NCBI GenBank assembly: GCA_027622665.1
Contig: JAQBYT010000029.1
Coordinates: forward strand, 1 to 53,672
Direction: 5' to 3'
Length of the DNA: 53,672 nt
DNA from: Verrucomicrobiota bacterium
GTDB taxonomy: Bacteria; Verrucomicrobiota; Verrucomicrobiia; Opitutales; Seribacteraceae
A program made the position numbers and the translations under genes. Positions 10,168 to 19,964 of this stretch are shown piece after piece (position 1 is the stretch's first letter; each line of letters opens with the position of its first letter). The notes under the pieces were generated by a model. That model made no database searches and was not told the origin of the DNA. It saw only the letters and a program-made list of their open reading frames with translations.

Positions 10168-11532
10168 CTAAATCACACAGGGAAGAAGCACGCCATCCTT
10201 CATGCCGTGAATGATCTTCTTGTCGGCGGGGCAAAAGGTCGCGAGGGCACCGGATAATTGCGCCTGCCCTTCCTTGACGAAATAGTACGGGCTGAGCCGC
10301 AGTCGACCTTCCATGGACTGTATTTCGCCTGAGTCGTCATATACGTCGTGGCGTAGGCGAGCAGGCTTTCGGAATTTCTGGAGGACTTGAATGGGGTTAG
10401 GGAACGTGGTGAGAGCATGGTCGATTGCGTTTCCCCAACCCTCGCTCGAAGCATCGCTTCCGATGACCACGCTGCGAGATCCCCAAGCCGTTTCGTGAAA
10501 ACCACTCGCCTTGATCACCAGTTCGCGCTCTTTCTTGGTGGCAGAAGCTAGGTCACGCCAAGAGCTAATCGGCTTGCCTCCAAGGGTGGGGCCATCGAGG
10601 ATAGCACCCGGAGGCAGTTCGGCAGGGTCGAGTATCCAAGTCCTTGGGATTATTCTTTGCAGTAGTTTATACTCCGATCCGGAAAGGTTTTCGCGCCAAT
10701 AGGCTTCAAGGCGATGATGCCAAAAAAGCCCGAGGGACAACTTCTCCTCCTGAAAGGGGCGCATGGGGGGGCTAACTTTCACCAGACCCTGCTCAACCGC
10801 TGAACAAATCTCCCGCATCGCGGTCACCTCTTCGTGATCGAACAATTCCCAGAACCGATAGAGCACATCCTGTTTCTCGCCTCCAAGGAAAACACCTTCG
10901 GAGCGAACTTCCAACTCATTGGGATGAGCCACCTTGAGATTTTGTCCCGAGGTTTCCAGTCTCTCGGCTAACCATTCCATTTCGGGGCGATAGGTTGCCG
11001 ACTCCTCACTAATCACTAGCGCAATGGAAGGGGCGTTCCTCTCCGGACACAGCGAAGCGAGGCTAGCGTAAAAGGCTGCGGGAATACCGTTCGAGCCTTC
11101 GCCCAAGTAAAGCTCCTCGAGAAAGGCTGTCAGTCCTATGCCTCCCGGGACGGAGTCCATTTCCGTGAGGGCAAAACCATCTGAACTAACGATTAGGTCC
11201 GGACGCAGAACGGGCGGGAAAGATCCCTTCACGGCTTTTGCCGCTCCATGATCGACAAGCCATTGAGGTTTTCCCGCATCCAGATATTCCGAAACCCATG
11301 GAGCCTTCAGGTCTCCATTGCGGAGAATGCGATCCCCTGATCCGGATTTTAAGTATAGCCGCTCGAGGGCTTGATGAAAGGCAAGGCAAGCTTGACCGAT
11401 AAGTCGGATCTCCTCAACTGCGTCCTCGGCCAAGTTCCATGGCTGGGGAGAAAGACGCCAAGACTTCTCGGCAAATAGAGGTCTTTCCAGTGCCGAGCGA
11501 AGGGCAGGTAAACTAAGAGGAATTGAAGGCAA
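10168..11532 (-). CDS. Uncharacterised ATP-grasp-like ligase (glutathionylspermidine-synthase-like)
   Basis: RPDL, EMDSVPGG, DVLYRF, P.TW, LVIKASG..WGSRSV, VLQKF motifs; TTG start is uncertain. Confidence 0.6.
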   Translation of the reverse strand: MPSIPLSLPALRSALERPLFAEKSWRLSPQPWNLAEDAVEEIRLIGQACLAFHQALERLYLKSGSGDRILRNGDLKAPWVSEYLDAGKPQWLVDHGAAKAVKGSFPPVLRPDLIVSSDGFALTEMDSVPGGIGLTAFLEELYLGEGSNGIPAAFYASLASLCPERNAPSIALVISEESATYRPEMEWLAERLETSGQNLKVAHPNELEVRSEGVFLGGEKQDVLYRFWELFDHEEVTAMREICSAVEQGLVKVSPPMRPFQEEKLSLGLFWHHRLEAYWRENLSGSEYKLLQRIIPRTWILDPAELPPGAILDGPTLGGKPISSWRDLASATKKERELVIKASGFHETAWGSRSVVIGSDASSEGWGNAIDHALTTFPNPIQVLQKFRKPARLRHDVYDDSGEIQSMEGRLRLSPYYFVKEGQAQLSGALATFCPADKKIIHGMKDGVLLPCVI

Positions 11533-11574
11533 TTTGGTTGAGGCGTATTATCTCGAAATCAGGTTTCCGAGTGG

Positions 11575-12714
11575 TCAGTCGTCGATTTGAATTTCCTTGT
11601 TTCTTTGGCGAGGGCAACCTGCTCGAAGCCATCCGTTAACAAATTTGTCGAGATCACCGTCCATGACGGCTTGAACTCCTGAGGTTTCCACCCCGGTTCT
11701 CAAATCCTTGACCATCTGGTAGGGCTGGAAGACATAACTGCGAATTTGGTTCCCCCACCCCATTTCACCTTTAGCTCCATAAAACTTTTCCATTTCCACT
11801 CGCTTCTCGTCTTGCTGCTTTTCGTAAATGCGAGACTTGAGTACGCGCATCGCCGTTTGCCTGTTTTTGAGTTGCGAGCGTTCGTTTTGGCACTGAACAA
11901 CGATATTGGTAGGAAGATGCGTAAGACGGACAGCCGAGTCCGTTTTGTTTACGTGCTGCCCACCCTTTCCGCTGGAACGATAGGTATCGACACGCAGATC
12001 GTCATCCGGGATTTCCATCTCCACGTCGTCGTCCTCGACCTCGGCGATCACATCGACCGAACAAAATGAAGTATGCCTGCGCTTATTGGAGTCGAAGGGG
12101 CTTATGCGAACCAAGCGGTGTACGCCACGCTCCGCCTTGGCATACCCATATGCGTTCAATCCATCTATCCGAATCGAGCATCGGCTAATTCCCGCCTCTT
12201 CACCGGGTTGGAGATCCTGCAACTCAACGCTGAAGCCTCTCCGCTCGGCCCAGCGGACATACATCCTCATCAGCATGTCGGCCCAGTCGCAAGACTCCGT
12301 GCCCCCTGCTCCGGCATGAATACTCAGCAAGGCGGGACGAGCATCGAACGGTTCGTTCAAGAAACTCGCGACTTCCAAATCGTCGATTTGAGACAGGGCG
12401 CATTCAAGGGTGTCCGCGAACTCTTTGCTCATCTCCTCGTCGTTTTCATCTTCCTCGCACAGTTCGCACAAGGCTTCGACGTCTTGCACTTGAGATCGAA
12501 ATCCCTCCACCTGGGAAACAGTCTGCTTCAGGCGATTGTTTTCGGATCCGATCTTTCTCGCGGTATCCTGATCTTCCCAGAAAGATGGCGACGACATTGC
12601 TTCCTCGAGCTCGGCGATCTTCCTCTTCTTTTCGTCGCACTCCAAGAACTTCCACAAGTGATTCGTTCTTTTGATCAATGCATGCAAACTCGTTTTGTCT
12701 TCCGGTAAAATCAT
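11575..12714 (-). CDS. prfB: Peptide chain release factor 2
   Basis: SPF tripeptide (RISPFD), GGQ motif, [11 protein letters not shown]; one continuous ORF. Confidence 0.97.
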   Translation of the reverse strand: MILPEDKTSLHALIKRTNHLWKFLECDEKKRKIAELEEAMSSPSFWEDQDTARKIGSENNRLKQTVSQVEGFRSQVQDVEALCELCEEDENDEEMSKEFADTLECALSQIDDLEVASFLNEPFDARPALLSIHAGAGGTESCDWADMLMRMYVRWAERRGFSVELQDLQPGEEAGISRCSIRIDGLNAYGYAKAERGVHRLVRISPFDSNKRRHTSFCSVDVIAEVEDDDVEMEIPDDDLRVDTYRSSGKGGQHVNKTDSAVRLTHLPTNIVVQCQNERSQLKNRQTAMRVLKSRIYEKQQDEKRVEMEKFYGAKGEMGWGNQIRSYVFQPYQMVKDLRTGVETSGVQAVMDGDLDKFVNGWLRAGCPRQRNKEIQIDD

Positions 12715-12727
12715 TCAATTCCTAATG

Positions 12728-13450
12728 TTAAATTTCAAAAGCGTAGCCCTCGGGCAATTCTTCGTGCAAGCCGCACTCGCGTTTATGGCCCGCATTGCGG
12801 GCGTCCTCTCGCGAGGAAGCCTCGGACAATTTCTTTGTGCTATGCCGGTCGCCCAAGGAATCGTATCCTTGGCCCTCCAGCGGATGGTAGGGCAGATTGT
12901 TCGCGGGCAGATATTCATATGTGGTTCGGTCGTCCCAATCAATAATCGGGTAGATTTTGATTGTTCCGTTCTGGGTCTCGACGTAGGTACGATCGGCTCG
13001 ACTTTCCGATTGTCCTCGACGCAACCCAGAGAGCCAGCCCTTGGCACTCAATTCCTTCAGGGCTCGCTGCATCGGTTCGACCTTGTTCATCAGGTTATAC
13101 CTCTCCATCCCTTCGGCTCCTTGCTCCCAAAGTTTGCCGAACCGTATTTCCTGATAAGTTTGAGAAAGGCCCGCCGAGAAGGTTTTCGGCCTGATCCCGA
13201 GTTGTTCGCACAAGGTTTCCGCGTATTCATAGGTTTCGGGGAAGAGGTAACCCGTATCTACGAAGATGATGGGGATTTCCTTGTTCACCTTGCTCACTAG
13301 ATGAAGCATGACAGCGCTTTGCAGGCCAAAGCTCGTGGACACAACGAGATCCTCGCCGAAGCGATCCCATGCCCAAGCCACTCTATCAATGGCGTTAAGC
13401 TGTTCCAATTCGGTATTCTCTGAGGTGAAATTCTTGTTGTCCGCCTTCAT
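12728..13450 (-). CDS. cysH: Phosphoadenylyl-sulfate (PAPS) reductase
   Basis: STSFG, DTGYLFPETY, GLRR, ECGLH; no Fe-S cysteine motifs. Confidence 0.95.
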   Translation of the reverse strand: MKADNKNFTSENTELEQLNAIDRVAWAWDRFGEDLVVSTSFGLQSAVMLHLVSKVNKEIPIIFVDTGYLFPETYEYAETLCEQLGIRPKTFSAGLSQTYQEIRFGKLWEQGAEGMERYNLMNKVEPMQRALKELSAKGWLSGLRRGQSESRADRTYVETQNGTIKIYPIIDWDDRTTYEYLPANNLPYHPLEGQGYDSLGDRHSTKKLSEASSREDARNAGHKRECGLHEELPEGYAFEI

Positions 13451-13573
13451 TGCTATTAATGGAGCAAAACATTGATCATGCCATGTGTAACGAATTTAGT
13501 AAAGAGTAGGCTTGGTCATAGATTAAAAGCATTACTTCTTGCTCCAGTCCCCCGAAATCTTATTTCTTTTAAT

Positions 13574-14182
13574 ATGGACCCTATCGAACGGATGGTAAGG
13601 CGAACGCCCGAATTGAAAAGCTGTGCAGAGAGTGTTCGGCTCGCCTACAACGCCCTGCTCGCTTGCTTTCGCAACGGAAACAAACTCCTGTTGTGTGGCA
13701 ATGGTGGCAGTTGCGCCGACTGTGAGCACATCGCCGGCGAACTCGTCAAGAGCTTCTATAGAGATCGCCCTCTCGATACCGAATTGGCGGAGAAACTGGG
13801 CCCTGAACTTGCCGCCAACCTACATGGTTCACTCCCTGCCATTCCCCTCGCCTCATTCACCGCTTTCCACACCGCCTTCGCCAATGACGATCATCCCGAA
13901 TATGCATTTGCTCAGCAAGTTGTGGGTCTCGGAAAGTCCGACGACGTGCTTCTCGCCATTAGTACTTCCGGAAATTCGGCAAACGTTTTGCATGCGGCGA
14001 CAACAGCTCATGCCATGGGACTGCAAGTGATCGGACTTACGGGAGAAAGCGGAGGTAAGCTGGCTTCGCTTTGCGACGTCGCCGTCTGCGCTCCCGAAAC
14101 CGACGTCGCTCGCATACAGGAGTTTCATCTGCAGATCTATCATGCCCTTTGCGAAATGATAGAGGAAGCCATGTTCGGCTAA
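13574..14182 (+). CDS. gmhA: Sedoheptulose-7-phosphate isomerase (SIS domain)
   Basis: CGNGGS, ISTSGNS, RIQEFH motifs. Confidence 0.9.
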   Translation: MDPIERMVRRTPELKSCAESVRLAYNALLACFRNGNKLLLCGNGGSCADCEHIAGELVKSFYRDRPLDTELAEKLGPELAANLHGSLPAIPLASFTAFHTAFANDDHPEYAFAQQVVGLGKSDDVLLAISTSGNSANVLHAATTAHAMGLQVIGLTGESGGKLASLCDVAVCAPETDVARIQEFHLQIYHALCEMIEEAMFG

Positions 14183-14196
14183 CTTCTCTCTCTTTC

Positions 14197-15597
14197 ATGC
14201 CCCTCATGACCGACCTTCGCGAGCAATTCCCCTCGCAGGACCTTTCCCTTGTCCGAGATATTGCCGAGGACGTCGCCCGGTCCGGCGGTCGCGTTCTTTG
14301 CGTTGGCGGCTGCGTACGGGATGCTCTGCTCCAAATCGCACCCGAAGAATTCGACCTCGAAGTCAGCGGCATCAATCCGGAGGATCTTCGCGCTCTTTTG
14401 GCCCACAAGCACTCGGTCGATGAATATGGAAAATCATTTGGCGTGCTTAAGCTGAAAGGCCAATCGATAGAAGTGGCCGTACCGCGTTCGGAGACCAAGA
14501 GCGCCACCGGTCATCGGGGATTCTCCGTCGACGTCGATCCCCATCTTCCCTTTCCAAAAGCCGCGGCTCGGCGCGATTTTACGGTCAACGCAATCGGACT
14601 GGATCCACTTACGGGAGAATTGCTCGATCCACACGGCGGAGCAAAGGACTTGGATGCCCGAATCCTGCGCCACGTCGGTCCCGCCTTTGTGGAAGACCCC
14701 TTGCGAGTCCTGCGCGGCATGCAGTTTGCCGCTCGCTTCGAGCTGACGCCGGCTCAGGAGACCATCGAGCTCTGCCAAACCATCGACTTGGAGGATCTTG
14801 CCCCTGAACGCATCTTCGAAGAATGGAAGAAACTCTTGCTGAAAGGAAAAACCATTTCGCTTGGGCTTAATTTCCTACGAGAGACAACTTGGCTTCGCTT
14901 CTTTCCCGAATTGGAGGCTCTCGTCGATTGCCCGCAGGATCCCGAGTGGCATCCGGAAGGAGACGTTTGGGTTCACACCCTGCACTGCATGGATGCCTTT
15001 GCCGATCAACGAATCGACGATGAATGGGAAGACCTCGTAGTCGGTTTTGGTGTCTTGTGCCACGATTTGGGCAAGCCCCTCACCACTATCACCGATGAAA
15101 ACTCCCGCATTCGGTCTCCCAAGCACGAATCCAAGGGAGAATTACCCACTCGGTCATTTTTGGAGAGAATGACCAACCAAAAGGACTTGCCTGAACAAGT
15201 TGTTCCACTCGTACGTCGCCATTTAGCTCCACGCACCTTTTACAACGATCAAGCAAGCGACACCGCCATCCGCAGGCTGGCTCGCCAAGTTGTCCGCATC
15301 GACCGCCTCGTCCGTGTCGCCGAAGCCGACATGGCTGGACGTCCGCCCAAGTCAGCCGAATTCCCCGAAGGGAAATGGCTACTTGATCGAGCCGAGGAAC
15401 TCCGAGTGAAGGACGCCGCTCCCGAGCCGATCGTACTTGGACGACACCTCATCGAGCGAGGGATGCAACCCGGAGCCAGCTTCGGTCCTATCATCGAGGC
15501 ATGCTTCGAAGCGCAGCTCGATGGTGCATTCACCGACTTTGATGGTGGCCTCGCCCACCTCGATTTAATCTTAAAGCGCACATCGACTGACGTTTAA
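14197..15597 (+). CDS. cca: CCA tRNA nucleotidyltransferase with HD domain
   Basis: VGGCVRD, RRDFTVNA, EDPLRVLR, WHPEGDVWVHT, HDLGK. Confidence 0.88.
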   Translation: MPLMTDLREQFPSQDLSLVRDIAEDVARSGGRVLCVGGCVRDALLQIAPEEFDLEVSGINPEDLRALLAHKHSVDEYGKSFGVLKLKGQSIEVAVPRSETKSATGHRGFSVDVDPHLPFPKAAARRDFTVNAIGLDPLTGELLDPHGGAKDLDARILRHVGPAFVEDPLRVLRGMQFAARFELTPAQETIELCQTIDLEDLAPERIFEEWKKLLLKGKTISLGLNFLRETTWLRFFPELEALVDCPQDPEWHPEGDVWVHTLHCMDAFADQRIDDEWEDLVVGFGVLCHDLGKPLTTITDENSRIRSPKHESKGELPTRSFLERMTNQKDLPEQVVPLVRRHLAPRTFYNDQASDTAIRRLARQVVRIDRLVRVAEADMAGRPPKSAEFPEGKWLLDRAEELRVKDAAPEPIVLGRHLIERGMQPGASFGPIIEACFEAQLDGAFTDFDGGLAHLDLILKRTSTDV

Positions 15598-15609
15598 CGT
15601 ACGCCCACA

Positions 15610-15650
15610 GGTAATACAGACAAACTTCAAGAACTGTATTACCCCTTTCT
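15610..15650. terminator. 10-bp perfect inverted repeat; possible terminator or protein-binding site
   Basis: ggtaatacag-N14-ctgtattacc just after the cca stop. Confidence 0.35.
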
Positions 15651-15742
15651 AGATCGAAACTAAAGTATTGCCATCCATCTGTTTACGAAAAGGAATTGAG
15701 CTCCAAACGGAACTGGCGCAAGACTTGCAAAAGCAACTCATC

Positions 15743-18562
15743 ATGAAAATGCATCCACGAAGATTTATCCTTCCCTTACTTGCGGCCCTTGCAATTTCTG
15801 CAAACGCCAAGGAACACTTGCTCAACATCCCCTTGAATGACCTTGAAATCACTTCGGGGAACTTGCCCGGGGGTAACGTGAACCTGCCGCTCTTATGGCA
15901 AGGCGGTCGCTCGGTTCCGGAAGTCATGCCCTATGCCGTGGCTTCTCAGGCAAAGGAAATCTACCTTTTGATTGATCAGGATGATAATAGGCGCAGGCGG
16001 CAAAGCCAATTCCGTCCCGGCCAGATACGCGTCATCATTCGCACCGACCGGCTTCCACTGGAAGGTACTCTTTTCTTGCCCATGGGCGAAGGCGACGGCA
16101 TGCGGCCAGTTGGCTTTCGCGTGAAAAAAGCTAACCCAGTCGGTGAACTGGAATTCCACAAGGGGCGAAAAGAACATTACGAACATTTGCTCGCTCGAGG
16201 CATCCCCGGAGCCGCATGGTTCAGGCACCAAGCGGATTTTAGTGCCGCGGAGATGCGCAAACTGGACGCAAACGTCACCAATGCGGCGAATCCCAACAGA
16301 CGCCCCAATCGTCCTTCGCGAGGCAGTCTGGAGGATACCCTCGATCTCTTTTCAGGAGGACGCGCCCTAAGTGAAAACCTGCAGTTTGACCGCGAACTGC
16401 GTCTCTCGCCCGAGACCAATGCCACAATATCGGTCAAGAACGTTAAGGGAATCACCATTGCCGAAATGGAGTGGAAGGAATTGTTGGGCGACAAGAAACC
16501 CACCCTCGACCCACTCGCCAAGGTCATACCCGCCGACCAGCACGCCATTTTCTTCCCCACCTTCGCCGACTTGCTCACCATCTTCGACGAAGCCGCTCTT
16601 CAGGGCACCCCCCTGCTTCGCTTGGCAGAAGCTCGCTCGGAAAGCGCCCAAAGCAAGGAGAAGTATCGCGATCAGCTCTGCCTGCCCGTCACCGAACTGA
16701 GTCGACTTCTCGGGCCCAAGCTCATTGCCTCCGTCGCCATGACGGGAGGAGATCCCTTCCTTCGTACGGGTACGGATCTCACAATCCTATACGAAGCCAA
16801 GCAGACCGAAGCTCTAGTCGCTTCCCTAGCCTTGCGACGTCTCCTGACGTCGCAGAAAAGAAAGGATACCAAGGCCGTCACTGGAACCGTTGCAGGCATT
16901 GACTACGTCGGTCTCGTCTCACCCGATCATTCCGTGAAGTCCTATTCCGCGGTCCTCGGTAAAAACGTCGTAGTGGTTACCAACTCTCTGGCTCAGCTTC
17001 GCAGGTTGGCCGCCGCCGAATCGGGCAAGAAACCCAATCTGGCAAGCCTCGACGAATACTCCTTCTTCCGGTCCCGCTACCTGCGATCAGCTGACGTCGA
17101 GGAGCAAGCCTTTCTCATGGTCACCGATGCCGCGATTCGACGATGGTGCGGGCCTGCTTGGCGCATTGGCGCCTCCCGCCGCACTCGAGCGGCCGCCGCG
17201 CTCTCGGAGCTTCAGGCTAGGCACGAAGCCGGGGAAAAGCTGCAGTCGAAAGAGTTCCCCGAGCTCGGCAAGGTTTCGCTGATTGCCGGAAAAGTACAGT
17301 CATCGAAATACGGCAACCTCGGATTCCTCACACCCATCACGGAAATGGGAATCAAGAAAATATCCGCACCCGAAAAACGAGCCTACGATATTTTCCGCGA
17401 TCGCTACCAGTCCAACTGGTCTGCCTTCTTCGATCCCATTGCCGCTCGCCTCGTGATTGATGAAGGCCACCTTTCGGCAGACGTATCGATTATGCCCCTC
17501 ATCGCGAACAGCGACTATCGCCAAATCATCGAGACCACGGGTACCGTAAAGCTGGATCCTAACGCCGGCGACCCGCACGAGGAATCTCTCGTCCACTGGA
17601 TAACCGCCCTCGACATGAAGTCCCGCACCATGCAGCAAGCGGGCAACATGGCCGCGCTTTTTGCGCCCTCCCTCGGGCTGAACGCCTTCGGCTGGGTAGG
17701 ACAGTGGATGTCGGTATACGCAGACGAGTCTCCCTTTTGGGATGAGTTGGGCAAAGCCGTCGCCAAGGACGGCGAGGACGGGGCCGAGGCATTTATGAAA
17801 AACAACGTCGGTCGTCTGCCACTCGCTCTCAACGTCGAGGCCACCAACCCCTTCAAGCTTACTGCCTTTCTTGCGGCCCTCAGGGCTTGGCTCGAGCAAA
17901 CCGCTCCCGGCATGACCACTTGGACAAACCATGAATACAAGAAGCAGGGATACGTAAAGATCGCCCCTGCAGGAGACATTCGGGAAGATCTGGAAGAAGA
18001 AGGCGTGGATGAGATCGCCCTCTACTATGCCCCCTCCTCGAAATTGCTCACCGTCACCTTGAACGAAGCCCTCCTCAAGCGTTCTCTCGACCGCCGTCTC
18101 GACGCTCGCAAAATGAAAAAGGAGAAGCAACCCCTCCCCGAAAACCCCAAGCCGTGGCTTGGCGAAAGCGCCTCCATCACCGTGGACAGCAAGTTGATCG
18201 CGTTTCTGGACGTTTTTTCCCGCGATGAAATGACTATGCAATTCCGCCGACGCTCCTGGAACAACCTGCCCATTCTCAATGAGTGGAAGCTCAACCTCGG
18301 AAAGGACGATGCCCTCGCCTACCACACCAAGACCTGGCACGTACTGCTCACCTGCCCCGGTGGTGGGGAGTATGTGTGGAACGAGAAATTCCAAACCTAC
18401 GAGTCCACCGTTTTCGGTCACCCCGGCCAACCCAAGACCCCGAAGGACCCGGCTTCTTTGCTGAAAGGTTTCAAGCGCCTCGATCTCGGGCTCACCTTCG
18501 AGCATGACGGTCTTCGAGCCCGAGGCACCGCCTGGAAACGACTACCTAATACAGCCGACTGA
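15743..18562 (+). CDS. Large secreted hypothetical protein (about 940 aa)
   Basis: Long ORF; signal peptide ending AISANA; no recognisable catalytic motif. Confidence 0.85.
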   Translation: MKMHPRRFILPLLAALAISANAKEHLLNIPLNDLEITSGNLPGGNVNLPLLWQGGRSVPEVMPYAVASQAKEIYLLIDQDDNRRRRQSQFRPGQIRVIIRTDRLPLEGTLFLPMGEGDGMRPVGFRVKKANPVGELEFHKGRKEHYEHLLARGIPGAAWFRHQADFSAAEMRKLDANVTNAANPNRRPNRPSRGSLEDTLDLFSGGRALSENLQFDRELRLSPETNATISVKNVKGITIAEMEWKELLGDKKPTLDPLAKVIPADQHAIFFPTFADLLTIFDEAALQGTPLLRLAEARSESAQSKEKYRDQLCLPVTELSRLLGPKLIASVAMTGGDPFLRTGTDLTILYEAKQTEALVASLALRRLLTSQKRKDTKAVTGTVAGIDYVGLVSPDHSVKSYSAVLGKNVVVVTNSLAQLRRLAAAESGKKPNLASLDEYSFFRSRYLRSADVEEQAFLMVTDAAIRRWCGPAWRIGASRRTRAAAALSELQARHEAGEKLQSKEFPELGKVSLIAGKVQSSKYGNLGFLTPITEMGIKKISAPEKRAYDIFRDRYQSNWSAFFDPIAARLVIDEGHLSADVSIMPLIANSDYRQIIETTGTVKLDPNAGDPHEESLVHWITALDMKSRTMQQAGNMAALFAPSLGLNAFGWVGQWMSVYADESPFWDELGKAVAKDGEDGAEAFMKNNVGRLPLALNVEATNPFKLTAFLAALRAWLEQTAPGMTTWTNHEYKKQGYVKIAPAGDIREDLEEEGVDEIALYYAPSSKLLTVTLNEALLKRSLDRRLDARKMKKEKQPLPENPKPWLGESASITVDSKLIAFLDVFSRDEMTMQFRRRSWNNLPILNEWKLNLGKDDALAYHTKTWHVLLTCPGGGEYVWNEKFQTYESTVFGHPGQPKTPKDPASLLKGFKRLDLGLTFEHDGLRARGTAWKRLPNTAD

Positions 18563-18597
18563 TTAACAAGCCCCAGGGGTATGTAATGTAAAGCCGA

Positions 18598-18645
18598 GCC
18601 GCATGGGCAAGCCCGTCAGGGCCTTGCCTCTCCTCGCAATGACAA
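18598..18645. repeat. Degenerate REP-like palindrome
   Basis: gccgc...ctcctcgcaatgacaa, matching the copies at the window ends. Confidence 0.65.
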
Positions 18646-18876
18646 GAGGTGAGGTGGTTTCGCCCGGGAACAGGCATGGTGTGCGCACGACGCCATGATT
18701 ATCCCTTTGAGGTTTGGACGCATGGGCGAGATCATGCAAAGCCGATGGGAGTACCGTGATGAAAAGAAAAGGGAGATGTCGCCCCCGTTCGTCGCAAGTG
18801 GGGCTTCGTTAAAGGCAAACGAGGCCTTAGCAAGCCCTTATCTCGCGACGGGATGAGAGAAAAGAGTGTTGGCCAC

Positions 18877-19041
18877 TTACAGGCCCAACAGGCGTTCTAC
18901 AATTTTTTTTGTGTAGTAGTAGCTCACTCCCGAGGCGATCACGCTGACGGCGTACTGGGCCATCAAGTGCAGGGGTTCGCAAGCCCACCATGCCAGCCAA
19001 CCGGCGGTCGAGGTTCCGATGAGAACAAGAGCTCCTTTCAT
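18877..19041 (-). CDS. Small two-TM membrane protein (54 aa), absent from the ORF track
   Basis: Manual translation MKGALVLIGTSTAGWLAWWACEPLHLMAQYAVSVIASGVSYYYTKKIVERLLGL*. Confidence 0.65.
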   Translation of the reverse strand: MKGALVLIGTSTAGWLAWWACEPLHLMAQYAVSVIASGVSYYYTKKIVERLLGL

Positions 19042-19152
19042 AACCTGAGATTAAAGCAGAAATGAAATAAAATCGAGGACCTTCTTCGAACAGACAGGCG
19101 AACAGGCTCCGGTATCCGGTCGGGCAATAGATGGTCGTTCGATCGTAAGGAA

Positions 19153-19842
19153 TTATCGGAGGGAGCGAATGGCAATGTCCTTGAACCAGACGACTTGTCC
19201 ATGGTTCTGGAAGCCTATGCGACCTTTGCGGGGGAGATCCTTGAGAGCGTGCTTAAACTTGTTTGCGGAACCGTCGGGGTTCTTGCCCGGAACTTCCCAA
19301 TGATCGAGATTAACGGAGAAGGACTTGCCGCCGTTGATGTAGCAGGTGAACAAGGGTCCGTCGCATAATAGACGAAAAGCGTTCCACTCGCCCAAGGGAT
19401 GGGAGAAGTCCTTGGTGGGGGCTAGTCCGTCGTAAAAGGATCCGTTTAGTTTTCGCGGTGGCAGTTTCTTTTTCGCTTTCCTTTGGAAGCCCTTGTTGTC
19501 CATGAGCTGAATTTCGAAACCTCCCTGCACGGGGTTTTTCTTGTCGGCACGGTAGAATACGCCGGAGTTGGCTTCGGGGGAGAGCTTGTAGGAGAGAGAT
19601 AATTCGAAATCGGCGAATTCCCGCTTGGTCCACAAGTAGCCCATGCCCCGGATGCGGGTTTTACCCTTGGCGTCTTTTTGCTCCTGCATGCGACAGACGA
19701 CGGATCCATCTTTCTCGATTTCCCATGAACCTTTGGCGAACTCGAAGTGATCCCAGTTCTTGCCATCGAAAAGGACTTCGGCGAAAATGTGCTGAATGAC
19801 TCCGAACATAAAGAGAGTCGAGAATACGAGTAAAATTTTCAT
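19153..19842 (-). CDS. DUF1080 (3-keto-disaccharide hydrolase-like) protein
   Basis: LFDGK, DFELSLSYK, NSGVFYR, EIQLMD, GEWN, GRIGFQNHG..VWFKDI. Confidence 0.9.
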   Translation of the reverse strand: MKILLVFSTLFMFGVIQHIFAEVLFDGKNWDHFEFAKGSWEIEKDGSVVCRMQEQKDAKGKTRIRGMGYLWTKREFADFELSLSYKLSPEANSGVFYRADKKNPVQGGFEIQLMDNKGFQRKAKKKLPPRKLNGSFYDGLAPTKDFSHPLGEWNAFRLLCDGPLFTCYINGGKSFSVNLDHWEVPGKNPDGSANKFKHALKDLPRKGRIGFQNHGQVVWFKDIAIRSLR

Positions 19843-19964
19843 CTAGAGCATTACCGGGTAAACGGGGATGCGGGTCAATGGCTTAGGTGGCTTTCAATCG
19901 TTGTTTCGGAAGAACGTCCGCTACGCTTGACCGCGCGAAGGGGAATCATAGGATTGGATTGCAT

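Noticed and set aside
17300..18505. 401-aa antisense ORF (also 6011-6886 and similar)
   Set aside because: Shadow ORFs opposite well-supported genes in GC-rich DNA; no motifs.
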